Below are positions 10,913-23,028 of a DNA stretch of 64,000 nt, in pieces. The stretch spans positions 135,718,001 to 135,782,000 of the forward strand of contig NC_042999.1 in assembly GCF_006345805.1 (NCBI RefSeq). The letters run 5' to 3'. Every line of letters starts with the position of its first letter. Position 1 is the stretch's first letter. The notes beneath the pieces are model-generated. The model did not search any database, had not been told where the DNA came from, and saw only the letters and a program-made list of their open reading frames with translations. The translations under genes and the position numbers were made by a program. Origin of the DNA: Octopus sinensis. Taxonomy: Eukaryota.

Positions 10913-13900
10913 ACTCTACTGCACATAATATAAGAACTATGAAAATATCTTGAAATGGGAAACTTTAAAAAATTTATCTCTTTCAACAATACAAATGTAT
11001 TCACTCAACAGCTTAAAAATAAAAAAAAGAATTGGAGAGGAGGATTATTTGCAAACCTTCTGATATAGATTCATTCAGATACCTGAACTTTTAGTTTAGA
11101 TTGGTAGAAATACATGGGCAGGGATTGGCTGCATTTCTGGAAATGAATAACTGGAGGAGTGCAGAGTCTTGTTGGATGATGAGAGGAGGCAAACAAGACA
11201 AGCCTGAAGTGGAAGTGTATTGCAGTTAGTGAGTTCAGAGGAGCAGAGCGCATTTATTGTAGTAACCATAAAGAAAGCAGAGATAAGAAACAGCACATCT
11301 ATAGAACAGTGACGGCTTCTGTCCAGTGCAAATAGTTTACAAGAAGTAATGTGTCTTCTAATGCAATTTTCTGTGTAAGAGGAGGAGCACTGGATGAAAG
11401 AAAAATTACACATCTGAAATCATTTTCCACACTACAAATGATGAGGTAAAATAATCTAACACACTCCTGGAAACCTTATGTTTCACATAATCAGCATCAC
11501 AAAATGAACAATATACACCTACTAATCCTTGATAAAGCACGAAAATACCCAAAGCCACCACCACTACACTACTACTTACATATTTACGATTATCTTAAAT
11601 ATACGTACAGCGACAGTAAAGGGTGTCTATTGATAAAAAGATTCCCAAAGCCACAAATATACCCACAGCCATAGGTATGTTACTAAGGTGTGATATTCCT
11701 TTATTTGTTTGCCCTTTGTTAACTACAATACCCTCTGAATTTTATCAAACACATTTATCACGCTCAGTACACTCACTTGGCTTACTGCAGTCATTCACAA
11801 TGTCTCGCTCGCCTATACATTTGGAGTTATTTTCCTATCCTTATGATTAAGTCACCTGTTAATCTGCATTAAACCAAGCCCCACTTATTTTGAATTAAAA
11901 TGTATGTTTGATTTCTACTATTTCACATGACAGTTATTGGTTCTTTCTTACGTCAATATATTTTCACAAAGGCAAGTATATCTTTCATATAAATTAACAT
12001 CTTAAATGACACATAATTGTTTCACATCTTCGGCCGTAACTAAGCTTCATTGTCATATAGAATCTTAAACATTTAGCTACAATTAAAGACACATTGAACA
12101 ATGTAGTCCTAAATGTAAAGAAAGACGGTGTGGTCACAGGTAGAATGCTTTTGATCACAAGTCTGCTGGATCAGGGTTCACCTGGGGGTTAAACAACATG
12201 TTCGTTACTTTCATCCACACTCAATTCCAGTTATTTGTATTCCACCAATAACTGTGACAAGTCCTGTCGAAAGAGGCAGCACCTGGTCGCGCCATTTGCT
12301 AAAAAAATAAAACCCAATATTCCTCGTACACACTCTGTCTCCGAAAAGATCACGTTAGATGTTGTCTTGGATTCCATTCAGAGAGGAAAAAGAAGGGATG
12401 GTCACGGTTGGAATGGTTTTCGGTTATCCTTCGTTTTGACTTGCAGAACTGTCATTTGGATCAGCTGGTTTTGTTCGTTAATTTCTGTAATTTTTCTTTA
12501 TTTATTTACTTTTGTTTTGAAGGTGGTTTTCTCTGTCAGAGACTAAGCAACCGAATATATATTTGTATGCTTCATAACAAGGTCAAGTAACTAGCAGAGT
12601 TTGTTTTTGGTAATGCGATAGATGTTTCTGGGAGATTTTCCGCACTGTACTCATTACTGCAGCAACTGGGATAGGACTCACTTGCACTAGTCTTAAGAGG
12701 TTCTCAATTGTAATAGAGTACCTGGCGGAGATAAAGAATAAGTACACCACCCGTTTTCGGCGTAACAAAAACCTTAACCCTACACACCGGGTGTACGTAT
12801 TCTTTACTTTCGCCTAGTTCTCGATATAGAGAAGATAAAAAGACTGCATAAATAGCAAAGAAAATAATAATATGACTTGCACTATTTGCCATTAGAAGTA
12901 TAATTAGTAGAAGGGCTAATTAATGTATCAGAGCCACAGATATTTATTATAGTTAACATTAATTCATAGAAGTATTTTCATTATAAAAGGTATTGTCAAT
13001 AGTAACCTTGTTAGCACATACTAGAAATATAAACAATCAATATTTGCATTAATGATATATATCCTTTTAATAGATATGAGGCTCGCGCGCGCGCACACAC
13101 ACCGAGGCAATATCTACATCTGAGAATTTCTCTCATATATATATATTTAATCGGTTCTAACTGTGACTTGAAGGCCCAACCTTGATACAATGCCACGCTG
13201 ATTCTGTCTGAAGATCATGTTAATTGAGAGTAGGTGGAAAACACAGCTACATAGGTATAATTCAATGAGTAATTATTTTCGTTTTTAACAAGTGGCACAT
13301 TGATTCGTCGAAATTGACGAGAGCCCATTATATAGATATACATTTATTACAAAATAATAACCATTAAAAACACATACAAAAAGTAACAAGTAAAATGTAG
13401 GTGTAAAGAGAGAACTGATGAAGGAGCTAAGTAGAAAGGACAAGGTTGTCACCTCTGCAAGGTTGAACGGAGCTCGGTTATAAAGTGGGTAACGAGAACG
13501 GTGTGATGGGCACGTCTTAAAATATAAATAAACATTGATTTGTATCTAGTTTTTCTTTCTTTCTTTTTAACGAAATACAAACTATTTTTGCTTTTTCAAC
13601 CTTCCTTTCGGAACAAACAATCAACAACATCCGTGATGATCGACCGATCCAGACCCCAATGTCATATCTAATCCCTAGTCCATCGCTAACTACTTCAATG
13701 TCACGTTTAGCAATCAATCACAGGCTACAATGTCATAATATAGTACGTCCATCACTGTATCAAGGAATTCATCTTTGTTTACAGAAATAAGAATTTTGCA
13801 TAGCTTATATGCAGGCTGTGTTTGTATGAAAACGGTGAAATTAGCACATATGCCGTATGCCAGAAATGTAATAAATTATATGAGATTTTGGTTCCATTTA

Positions 13901-14370
13901 GCGATATCAAGTGTTTTCTGGCATAATACTCGGGTCGACCCAAATTTTATGAGCAAATTAAGTTGTTGTTGCTTAGCCCCAGGTCAGCTTAGACAGAGCA
14001 GGCCTATTATCAAAGGCATTTTACTCGTGACCATCCCGTCTTTTTAGCGGGATGTAGGACAATTTATTTAGCTCTTTCCTTTCCCATGAAAATAGAATGT
14101 AAAGGACGGAAAGAAGGCCAACATTGTTACACATTTTATGCTGAATCTGCTTGTATATGATACAAATATCTATCGAAGATAAACGCCAAAACACTTACAT
14201 CATGATTCAACTAGTAAATAAATCTCCGCCGTTCAAACTATCTGAACACAATCGTTCTCTCTCTATATATATATAAATTTATACATACATATCGCTTGCT
14301 CAGCTAAAACACATAAACTTTACATAAATAAATTATAAATAATACAATTATTAGAGAGAAATAGTCAAAC

Positions 14371-14436
14371 CTTTGCATCTTGTTTCAGAAATTTACCATT
14401 CTGTAAGAGACAAGATCGGAGTACGAGCGACGCCAT
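14371..14436 (-). CDS. SUCLA2: SUCLA2 exon 1 (mitochondrial presequence)
   Basis: Good Kozak context aataccATGGCG; MASLVLRSCLLQNGKFLKQDAK has presequence-like composition (Arg/Leu/Ser, few acids); phase-0 donor AAG|GTTTGA fits the phase-0 start of exon 2; lies in a CpG-containing patch. The donor is weak. Confidence 0.72.
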
Positions 14437-14444
14437 GGTATTTA

Positions 14445-14740
14445 ATCACTCTCACTGCAGTTACTCTCTCTAGCTCTCTTACTATAGCTACTCTTATTCT
14501 ATCTACTCTATTTGTAACTCCTCTCTATATACCTCATACCATATCTACTCACAATCTTACTATATCTATTTCTAACTCTAGCCACTCTGTCTATCACTCT
14601 TACTATATCAACTTTGCTTTACAATAAATAATAAAATCCCCTCATACTATAGCCACTTTTATATTAATTAAATTTAGCCATACCATATCTATTCTCGCTG
14701 TAGCCACTCTTTCTATCTTTCTTAATATATCTACTTTCAC
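14445..14740. repeat. Degenerate CT/TA-rich simple repeat immediately upstream of the SUCLA2 ATG
   Basis: Recurrent CTCT/ACTAT/TAGCCACTCT motifs, strongly pyrimidine-biased on the plus strand. Confidence 0.5.
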
Positions 14741-15904
14741 TAGAGTCACTTTTTTTTTGTTGGTATTTTGGTCACTTTTGTAAGAGTTATAATTTCTTTA
14801 ATCCTGCTAACCCGCGGTTTTAGTCAAAATATATATATGTAAAGGTGTAACAAGTGCTACAAAAGAAGTAAATTAGAAATTAGATTGTCATTAATTTAGT
14901 TATTAAAAAACCACTTTTTATATGTATATATATTTAGATAGTATTCTTGGTTTGATACAAATTGTAAGATTTATTAAATTGATGACAGTCTGCAAACTAA
15001 GTCGGAAATTAATCTTTGAAACCATCAAATATTCGTTAACTTTGTTTGATGTGAGACATTCATTTTTGGCATTCTTACAGAATAGAGTCGGAAAATATCT
15101 CGAAAACCGTAATTTTTCCGGATGTGTGTTTTAAGCATCGAAGTTATCGATAAAATTTTTTTTTTTTAATGAGTGAGGATAGATTTGCCCCACCACCTTT
15201 TCACCTTTTTTTAAAATTTTATACTTTTTTCAGATTGATATTAATTCTGGTTCAAATACCTGAGATTATCGTTCTTTTCCTTTTAAATATTTTCTCTTTA
15301 TCTTCTGTTTCAAAATAAAAAAAAATCATTTCAAATATGAAAAAGTAACGCATATTTTTGCGCACCTGTTCAACGTATTGGACAAAAACAATTTTGAAGT
15401 TCTAGTTCGGACTATCAACTCTTGATAATACAAGGTTTTTATTGTTAATAAAACTTATTTTTTTATTGAATAAAGTAAAAAGAAATGAACAGAAAAGAGA
15501 AAAGAAAATTTGAAAATCTGGTTTTTTGCTTAATTTTAAATGATTCGAAAATGTTTTCATTTTGTGATCATAAAACGAAAGAATACCTTACATTTTTACA
15601 GAATCACAACTCCCAGTGTTTTAAAAACGTAAATCTGAAAGCAAATTTAGAGTAAAGAAAACAAAGCGAAAGTGATGAATTTTTTTAGAAATTAAATTCT
15701 ATACTTTTTTCGACGATCTAAAAAGATCACTTTTTCTGTTTCTTTTTCTTTGAAGTCATCTCAAAAACTTATATCTGAGAAAAAATATCTAAGTTGAAAA
15801 ATTACAGAAATCGGGAATGGGCTGAACAAATCGAGAGGGAAAGTAAACCCTTTTTTCTTAACATTTATGTACTTTTCGGCATACTTACACAAGTGTTCCA
15901 ACCG

Positions 15905-16315
15905 ACTTTGTTTCCTCATAACGTTTAGAAAAATAGATATTTTTTAATGAAACTCTTGGTTAATGTTTACAACTTAACCTGAAAACGAAAATCATAAAAA
16001 AATAGGGCAGTGGGTGTAAAAAAATGTGTAGGAGGCGAATATTAAAAAAAAGAATATGCGCGCAAAAGCATCGGGAGGGTGGGGAGAGGACCTCGGAAAA
16101 TTCACAAGATCCAAGTTTTTCCCTCATAACTTTTAGGAAAATGAGTTTTTTTCAATGACATTTTATAGAAATACCTTTCAAACGGTATACATTACGATTA
16201 TAAAGAAATTTGTGGAGAAAATCGTTTCCAAGGGGGTGGGGAGAGGATTTCGGAAGATTCACACGATCCGAGATTTTCCCTCATAACTGGATATGTGCAC
16301 ATGTGTATATATATA

Positions 16316-16376
<61 letters not shown>

Positions 16377-16384
16377 GTATATAA

Positions 16385-16431
<47 letters not shown>

Positions 16432-17450
16432 CTATTTCTCTCTATATTTAGATAGAGAAAGTAATAACGAGTGAATGAGAATAACGATGGAAGGGTTAAA
16501 AAAGCTTAAAAATAATTGAAGATAAAATGAAACAAAATTGAAGCCAAAACATTAAAAATTATTGAAAGTGGGTAGAAATTAACACTACGTAGTGTAGTAG
16601 TACTACGCTAGGGTATCTGGAGAGAGTTGAATGTGATTTTGAAATATAACGAGGAAAAATTCAGATCTTGGGAATTTTCCAAATGTCCTCTCCCCACCTC
16701 AAGATTTTCCCTACAAATTACTTTATAATCGTAATGTATGCCATTTCAATGGTATTTATATAAAATTTCACCGAAAAAAAACATTTTCCTAAAAGTTATG
16801 AGGGAAAAACTCAGATCTTGAGAATTTTCCGAGGTCCTCTCCCCACCCTCCTGTTAAATTCTTTTACACATATGCTTCAGCTGGCACAGATTCTGATTAT
16901 ATCAGAATTTGTTGTTAAAAAATTTTTCTGAGGATGGGAAGGAGTCTTTCTGAAAGTACACAAAAGTTGGCTTTGTTTCTTCATAACTTTCAGAAAAATG
17001 AGTAATTTTTTAATGAAATTTTCTACAAATACATTTCAAATAGTGTAGATTACGATTATATCAGAATTTAATTAGAAAAAAAAAACAATTGACTCATACA
17101 CATACATACACATTACATCATATTTTTTTTTTGAAATTTCAAGTTTCATTTTGTGATGTGTCAGTATGTGTGTGCAAGCCCACCAACTTTTTTATATATA
17201 TTTCCAATATAATCGTAATATATACCATCTGGTTGGGATTTACAGAAAATTTTATTTAAAAATATCCTTTTTTCGGTAAGTTATAAAGAAACAAAGCCAA
17301 CTTGTGTGTATTTTCCAAAACTCCTCTCCCCATCCTCAGAAAAATCTTTTCACAACAAATTCTGATTTAATTGAAACCAACATCTGAAGCATGTTTGTAG
17401 AAAATTTCATTAAAAAATATCCATTTTTCTGGGAGTTAAGAGAAAACAAA
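15905..17450. repeat. Array of ~155-190 bp units in alternating orientation (foldback-like)
   Basis: GGGTGGGGAGAGGA...CCCTCATAACT at 16076 and 16232, its reverse complement at 16652-16853, and a second inverted pair at about 16870-17060 / 17205-17392. Confidence 0.7.
16300..16435. repeat. (TA)n/(TG)n microsatellite
   Basis: Long visible TA runs in the loop of the first inverted pair. Confidence 0.9.
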
Positions 17451-17829
17451 GACAGAGGAGGGGGTACATTTATGTAGGAATGTCTATTTTTCTTCCATAG
17501 TCTACAATGCTTGAAACATAGTAGTATAAGTCCCCTGGATATTACTGTATTGAGTCCTAGGACTTATAGGTGTCCTAAGTGACTTGAGATCACGTTGCCC
17601 CAAATGAGATGTCAGTCTGTCACAAGGTTAGTCATTTACAGCTAAGTGGACTGGAGCAATGTGAAATGAAGAGTAATTGCTCAAGAACACAAAGCATCGT
17701 CCGCACCCGGAATTGAAACCACTATCTTGAGATCATGAGTGCGATACACCAACCACTAAGTCATGTGACTTGGCTTGAAAAATCCAGAACACTACAGTTT
17801 TTGGCAAGCTAGATAATTTCGACTCTATT

Positions 17830-18170
17830 CTATAGGAATGGAATGCTATTTCGATTCCCAGATCGGGCATTGTGAGTGTTTATTGAGCAAAAACACCTAA
17901 AGCTCCACGAGGCTCCGGCAGTGGGTGGTGATGAACCCTACTGTACTCTTTCACCACAACTTTCACTTTTTCTTCCTGTTTCTGTTGTACCTGTATTTCA
18001 AAGGGCCAGCCTTGTCACACTCTGTGTCCCACTGAATCTCCCCAAGAACTACATTAAAGGTACACATGTCTGTGGAGTGCTCAGCCACTTGCACGTTAAT
18101 TTCATGAGTAGGCTGTTCCATTGATTGGATCAACTGGAACCCTCATCATCGTAACCAACAGAGTGCTACA
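17830..18170 (+). mobile_element. tRNA-derived SINE
   Basis: B-box-like TTCGATTCCC at about 17846, then the conserved block GGGCCAGCCTTGTCACACTCTG...GGAGTGCTCAGCCACTTGCACGTT. Confidence 0.65.
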
Positions 18171-18476
18171 ATTTTCTAATCACCTGCAGATGTTGTGTTG
18201 TTATTGTTTAAATTTTGTGTTTAAAACTTTAGACCTATGTAAATACTGATAAACTATTTATTTCCAACATTGGTAAAATAGCACAAATATTCGAGATCAC
18301 CTTGATTATAATCAGATATCTCTATGAAGTTATTTATTGATATAGTCATTTAGCAATTATTCACTGAAATGTTTCTTTATTTATTCGTAATTAATGAATC
18401 TTTTATTGTCATTCTATACTGATAATAAATTTTGTGAGTAATTTATTAAAAAATGACGATTAGAAAAAAATGGTTG

Positions 18477-19191
18477 TGTAAATGACTGTGTGAAGTGATG
18501 TGATGAGAATGGCTCTTTTAGTACATCACATTGTCGATACAATAAATATGAAGAGAATAAATGCGTGTAAGTGCCAGAAGGAAAAGAGAGGCACAACCAG
18601 GTAGTGGCTATGATGCTGCTGCTGCCAGTCACTTGGTACAGGAGTTCTTGCAGGCTGTATTGGCTGCTAACCATGGATAAGTAATTCACAAACAGTGTTG
18701 TGACAGAACCTGTGTGAGTGTTGCACGTTGCTGTGTATGTAGAAAGATGATGTTGACAACGTTAAGATGATGGAGGTGACAAAGAAAGAGATTGCCATAT
18801 GCTGTTGGGCAAGTGTTGATGAGCCTCCATGTGGCTGCTATTGTGATATCACTGGAACTGGCTGTGTTTTGTGTGGTCAGTGGCTAAACCTTAAAAGGTC
18901 TGGAACCAAAAGACTTCGAGATGGTGTGAAGCTAGAGTTTTATAGTGAGCAGCCGGCTCAAACTGAGGTTTAGAAGAAACTGTCTCATGTGACCTTATTT
19001 GAAGGGTGTGATTGGTTGGGTTGCATATTGACGCACAATAGAGCAAGAGACAATTGTGCCAATACCAACCAATCAGAGTAGTGGACACAACAGGGTCCAA
19101 AATGGTGGGTGAAGGCTAGCTGTTATCTACTACATCCGTATTTATGTATATATAACAGAAAGAGAGGAATTTCCCTCAAGTGTATGCTACA
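18477..19191 (-). repeat. 3' LTR (715 bp, lacks a ~273-bp internal segment)
   Basis: Aligns to the right LTR except for the block at about 19592-19865. Confidence 0.85.
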
Positions 19192-19344
19192 GATAGCCTC
19201 CCACCTGTCATTTTGTGGGTGGCAAAATAGATGATAAAAAGAAGACATTTCTGTAGTGAAGAGAGGTGAAATTAGAAAGAATGGTTGGTCTTTAAGGCAA
19301 AATGAATCTGGCATTGAACTATCAGAAAGGTATGAGTGTTCTAA

Positions 19345-19465
19345 GGTGGGGTCACCAATTTGTAAAACAACTGTGTGAATGTCGGGTGACTCCAATTTGT
19401 AAAACAACTGCACGTCGGGGTCACCAATTTGTAAAATGACCATGTGAATGTCAGGGTCACCAATC
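19345..19465 (-). repeat. Four tandem tRNA-Trp primer-binding sites separated by copies of the LTR terminus
   Basis: Plus strand CACGTCGGGGTCACCA (19411-19426) equals the 3' end of eukaryotic tRNA-Trp; variants end at 19357, 19394 and 19462, each followed by AT(T/C)-TGTAAA. Confidence 0.82.
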
Positions 19466-20453
19466 TGTAAATGACCGTGCAAAGAGAGGTGACGAGAATG
19501 GCTCCTTAGTACATCACATGGTTGATACAATAAATACGAAAAGAATAAATGCATATAAGTGCCAGAAGGAAAAGAGAGACACAGCCAGGTAAAATGTTTA
19601 AGAGAAGATTTTTATTGATAGTTAACATGTGTATCTGTGGTGTGTCATGTATACATAATAATAGACACGCCGTTATGAAAACAAAGTGTGTGCATGTGTT
19701 AAGTACAGAGCCTGAAAGAGTCTATAACATGAAGTTAGAAGAATGTTCAGACACAAGGATGATAAATACCAGTTTGTAGTCAATGTACATGATAGTTGAA
19801 ATGCTGTATCAAGAAGTTGTGGCTGTAATGCAGAGCCAGTTGAGGTACATGTCTTACAAGAAGTTGTAGCTACGATGCTGCTGCCAGTCACTTGGTACAG
19901 GAGTTCTCACAGGTTGTATTTGCGGCTAACCATGGTGAAGTAATTCACAAACAGTGTTGTGGTAGAACCTGTGCGAGTGTTGCTTGTTGCTGTGTATGTA
20001 GAGAGATGATGTTGATGACGTTAAGAAGATGATGGTGGTGACGAAGAAAGAGATTGCCATATGCTGTTGGACGAGTGTTGATGAGTCTCCATGTGGCTAC
20101 TGTTGTGTTGTCACTGGAACTGGCTGTGTCCTATGTGGTCAGTGGCTAGACCTTAAAAGGTCTGGAACCGAAAGCCTTTGAGATGGTGTGAAGCTAGAGT
20201 TTTATAGTGAGCAGCCGGTTCAAACTGAGGTTTAGAAGAGACTGTCTCATGTGACCTTATTTGAAGGCTGTGATTGGTTAGGTTGCATATTGGCACGCAA
20301 TAGAGCAAGAGACAATTGTGCCAATACCAACCAATCAGAGTAGTGGACACAACAGGGTCCAAAAGGGTGGGTGAAAGCTAGTGGTTATCTACTACATCTG
20401 TATTTATGTATATATAACAGAGAGAGAGGAATTTCCCTCACGTGTATGCTACA
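19466..20453 (-). repeat. 5' LTR (988 bp)
   Basis: CCAAT boxes at about 20322-20336, TATAAAA near 20200-20206 and AATAAA near 19613-19618, in U3-R-U5 order on the minus strand. Confidence 0.85.
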
Positions 20454-22149
20454 GTTGTATATAACTACTTTATTTTACTTGCAAGGTTCAAATTCCGCCA
20501 GGGAAATTAATTTTTGATTTTCACCCTTTTGGGATTGATAAAATAATTGCCAGTTAAAATGTTAAGGCCTATGCAATAGAATTATAACAGATGAAGACTA
20601 CAATCTTCCTTTCAAAACATGTGTGACCATCATTTGTTTAAACACATTAAGCTGAGAAATGTGTTGCTTTATTGGCATTACTGAACAAACCACACCGGCC
20701 ACTTCAATTTATTTAGCTGCATGTGAACACCTTTAAGCTGTATGTAAAAGCAGTTTTAAACTATGAAATAAGCACTAAAAATATTGAATATAGATTTTAT
20801 TTCATGTTTCCACGGTTGCTAAAGTAGCATCGAACTGTAAATGAGACTAAATGTCTGATATGTGTTGTTAATAAGATTGTAATTTTTCTAACTATTAACT
20901 CATCATCTTTAGAGATAATAAATTTTCAATATTTACAGTAAATTTCAATCAGTTTGAGCTCAGATCCTCATTAGGTGCTTTATTCTTGTATGTGTACATA
21001 ATACAAGCTTCCATTCAAACTTTGAATAGTTATTTATCAATTAAAAAACAAATGTTATTTGAAAAAAGAAAAAAAAATATTCTTAATTAATTGTAATTAC
21101 CCCTTAATTTGAGAAAGAAAACTAAAACCTAATGGTTAGTAACTCTTTAAGATAAGGGATAATTTCCAGAAATAAAGAATTAATCTCTCAGAGTTTCTTT
21201 ATGTGCCTAAGGGACGAGCCCTAAGCATTTAAATAAACTTTTTTATTTGTTTTTATTTTGTTTAATATACTTTATGTGAAACAGAGATTAAAACATATCA
21301 GAATTACTAAAATAAAGAAATATCTACATGCTTTAGATTATCCTCTGTAATCTGTTGTCAATAGACTTTCTAGTGTCTATTTGATGTCTTCATCATTTAA
21401 TATCTAGAAATGTTGAAGAAGGTGACACTTTTTTTGCTTCACTGAAAATCAGACAACACTCGATAAATATACTTTTTATTAAAATTAAGCATCACGTAGC
21501 AATCAAAGAAAACGTATTCTGGTTCCATTTCCATGTAAGAGAAAGTGTGTGCAGTTAAAATTAGCTATTAGTGCTTAATTTTAATTTGCATATGTGAAAA
21601 ATCAGAGATAAAAATATCCTAACATTTTGTGATAAACAGGTTGGAAATCACTGATTAAAAAATACCAGGATTATTAAAGCTAAGCTATGTCAACAACTGC
21701 TGCTTGTTTCAGTTGATGTAAACTCATATTGATAAACATCAAAAGACCTCTTCTTTTGTTAAAATGACACCAGCTTTTGGGTGACTGATGAATTTTTAGT
21801 ACTAAAAGAAAATATTGTATGTAAAAGGTACTAACAATCTCAATTAATTTATTTAAGCCAGAACTTCTGCATGGTCACTCAACTTGCTAGAAATAGCAAT
21901 TAAATTTCTCTCATGTCACTCCTGACCATCTTGAAAAAGGAAATATTAGACACTGATTCCTGGTATATCTGATTAAAAAGTTGAACAACTTTGTGTGTGT
22001 ATTTGCGTGCACATGCTAGTAAACCATATGTCTATGTTCTTTCCTGTGTGCTGAAATCTGGTCTATGAGATTGTGTAGCTGTATGACAGTTCAAAGTTGT
22101 TTATATGGAGGAACTTCACATTAAGGAGTGGAATATACAATTTCCTGCA

Positions 22150-22830
22150 ATTCAAACTACTTTATGGTCCCAGCAGACAAAATGGAAAAGGTGTTGCCCT
22201 GGAGGATGGTGAGGGAGATGTGTTGGAACAGCCACCCTGACACATGGGGCTTGCACATGTGGATAGCCAGCTCTACCCTGATAATGGTGAGCAGGGATAT
22301 GGTCTGGAGGCAAAGAACACCAGAGATTTTCACTATCACAGGCTTGACCAGAAACCTGTCAGAAAGTGACTGAATCCTTGACAGTTTGCTTTTTTCAGCC
22401 CGATGAGCAGCAGAGCTTGGGCTGGTAGCTGAATACATCAAGTTGCCACTAGAGATGTTACAACATGTGGCATCCCAAATGAGGGTCCCTACTGCCATGG
22501 AACAGAAAAACTGTCATACTGTCTGGCCTTTTACTGTCCCCTCAGTCTATTTCCCTTCCCCTTGAGCTGGGAAAGGAAGCCTGTGGTGTTTAGGCTATGC
22601 TTTACAATTTTAAGGGTGGTGTGACATTGAAAGTGGCCAGCACTATGATGGCATGACAGTGAGTGGAGGCCAAAAGAATCCACAATGGATTCATAATGGC
22701 ATTCATGAGACTCACAGATATGGAGGCCAAGCCTTGGAAACATCGATGCACAGACAGTCACTATCATGCCAAGAGCCAGGCGCAAGTAATGGCACTGTAC
22801 TGAGTCACACTCCACTGTAAGGCTTGGAGG
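22150..22830 (-). mobile_element. C-terminal relic of a restriction-like-endonuclease non-LTR retrotransposon (CRE/R2-group-like)
   Basis: LGLHICESHECHYESIVDSFGLHSLSCHHSAGHF (zinc knuckle), KRPDSMT.., LIWDATCC and WLFQHISLTILQGNTFSIL resemble the RLE motifs RPDG-x-T, WD-x-TC and QRISIAIQRGNA; frameshifted. Confidence 0.65.
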
Positions 22831-23028
22831 TTGAGCAGAAACATATTAGACTGTTGGTCAAGTCTGTGCACTAAATTGTCCATGCTAAAATTACTGTGTT
22901 GCTCAGAAGATCATTTCACAAAATCTCAGTGTTTCAGGTTTGGTCCTACTGTGTATTACTGTGGAACCAAACCTAACTGGAACTTTGTGAGTAAAATTTG
23001 GTGGATGGAAACTTTTTGCAAGTTGTCG

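Larger units (their letters stand above)
18477..20453 (-). mobile_element. Complete non-autonomous LTR retrotransposon (TRIM-like)
   Basis: Two direct repeats (18477-19191 and 19466-20453), each TGTA...TACA; 4-bp TSD GTTG at 18473-18476 and 20454-20457; tRNA-Trp PBS beside the right LTR; purine tract CAGGTGGGAGG beside the left LTR; 274-bp non-coding interior. Confidence 0.87.

Noticed and set aside
11096-11413. 105-aa Cys-rich ORF as a standalone gene
   Set aside because: No recognisable domain or regular Cys spacing; kept only inside the low-confidence intron finding.
12278-12300. ATGGCG at about 12295 as the SUCLA2 start
   Set aside because: The frame closes after about 24 codons without a usable phase-0 donor; the 14436 ATG fits far better.
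19345-19465. CRISPR-like repeat array
   Set aside because: The units are PBS plus LTR-end copies with no unique spacers, in a eukaryotic context with no cas genes.
19123-19554. 143-aa ORF with LQIGDPD repeats
   Set aside because: The repeats are simply the translation of the PBS array.
18891-20362. Duplicated 69-aa ORFs MDPVVSTTLIGW...
   Set aside because: They are the same non-coding LTR segment read twice; the differences are largely non-synonymous.
20805-20825. RFX X-box-like GTTTCCACGGTTGCTA suggesting a promoter
   Set aside because: Single imperfect motif with no supported downstream gene.
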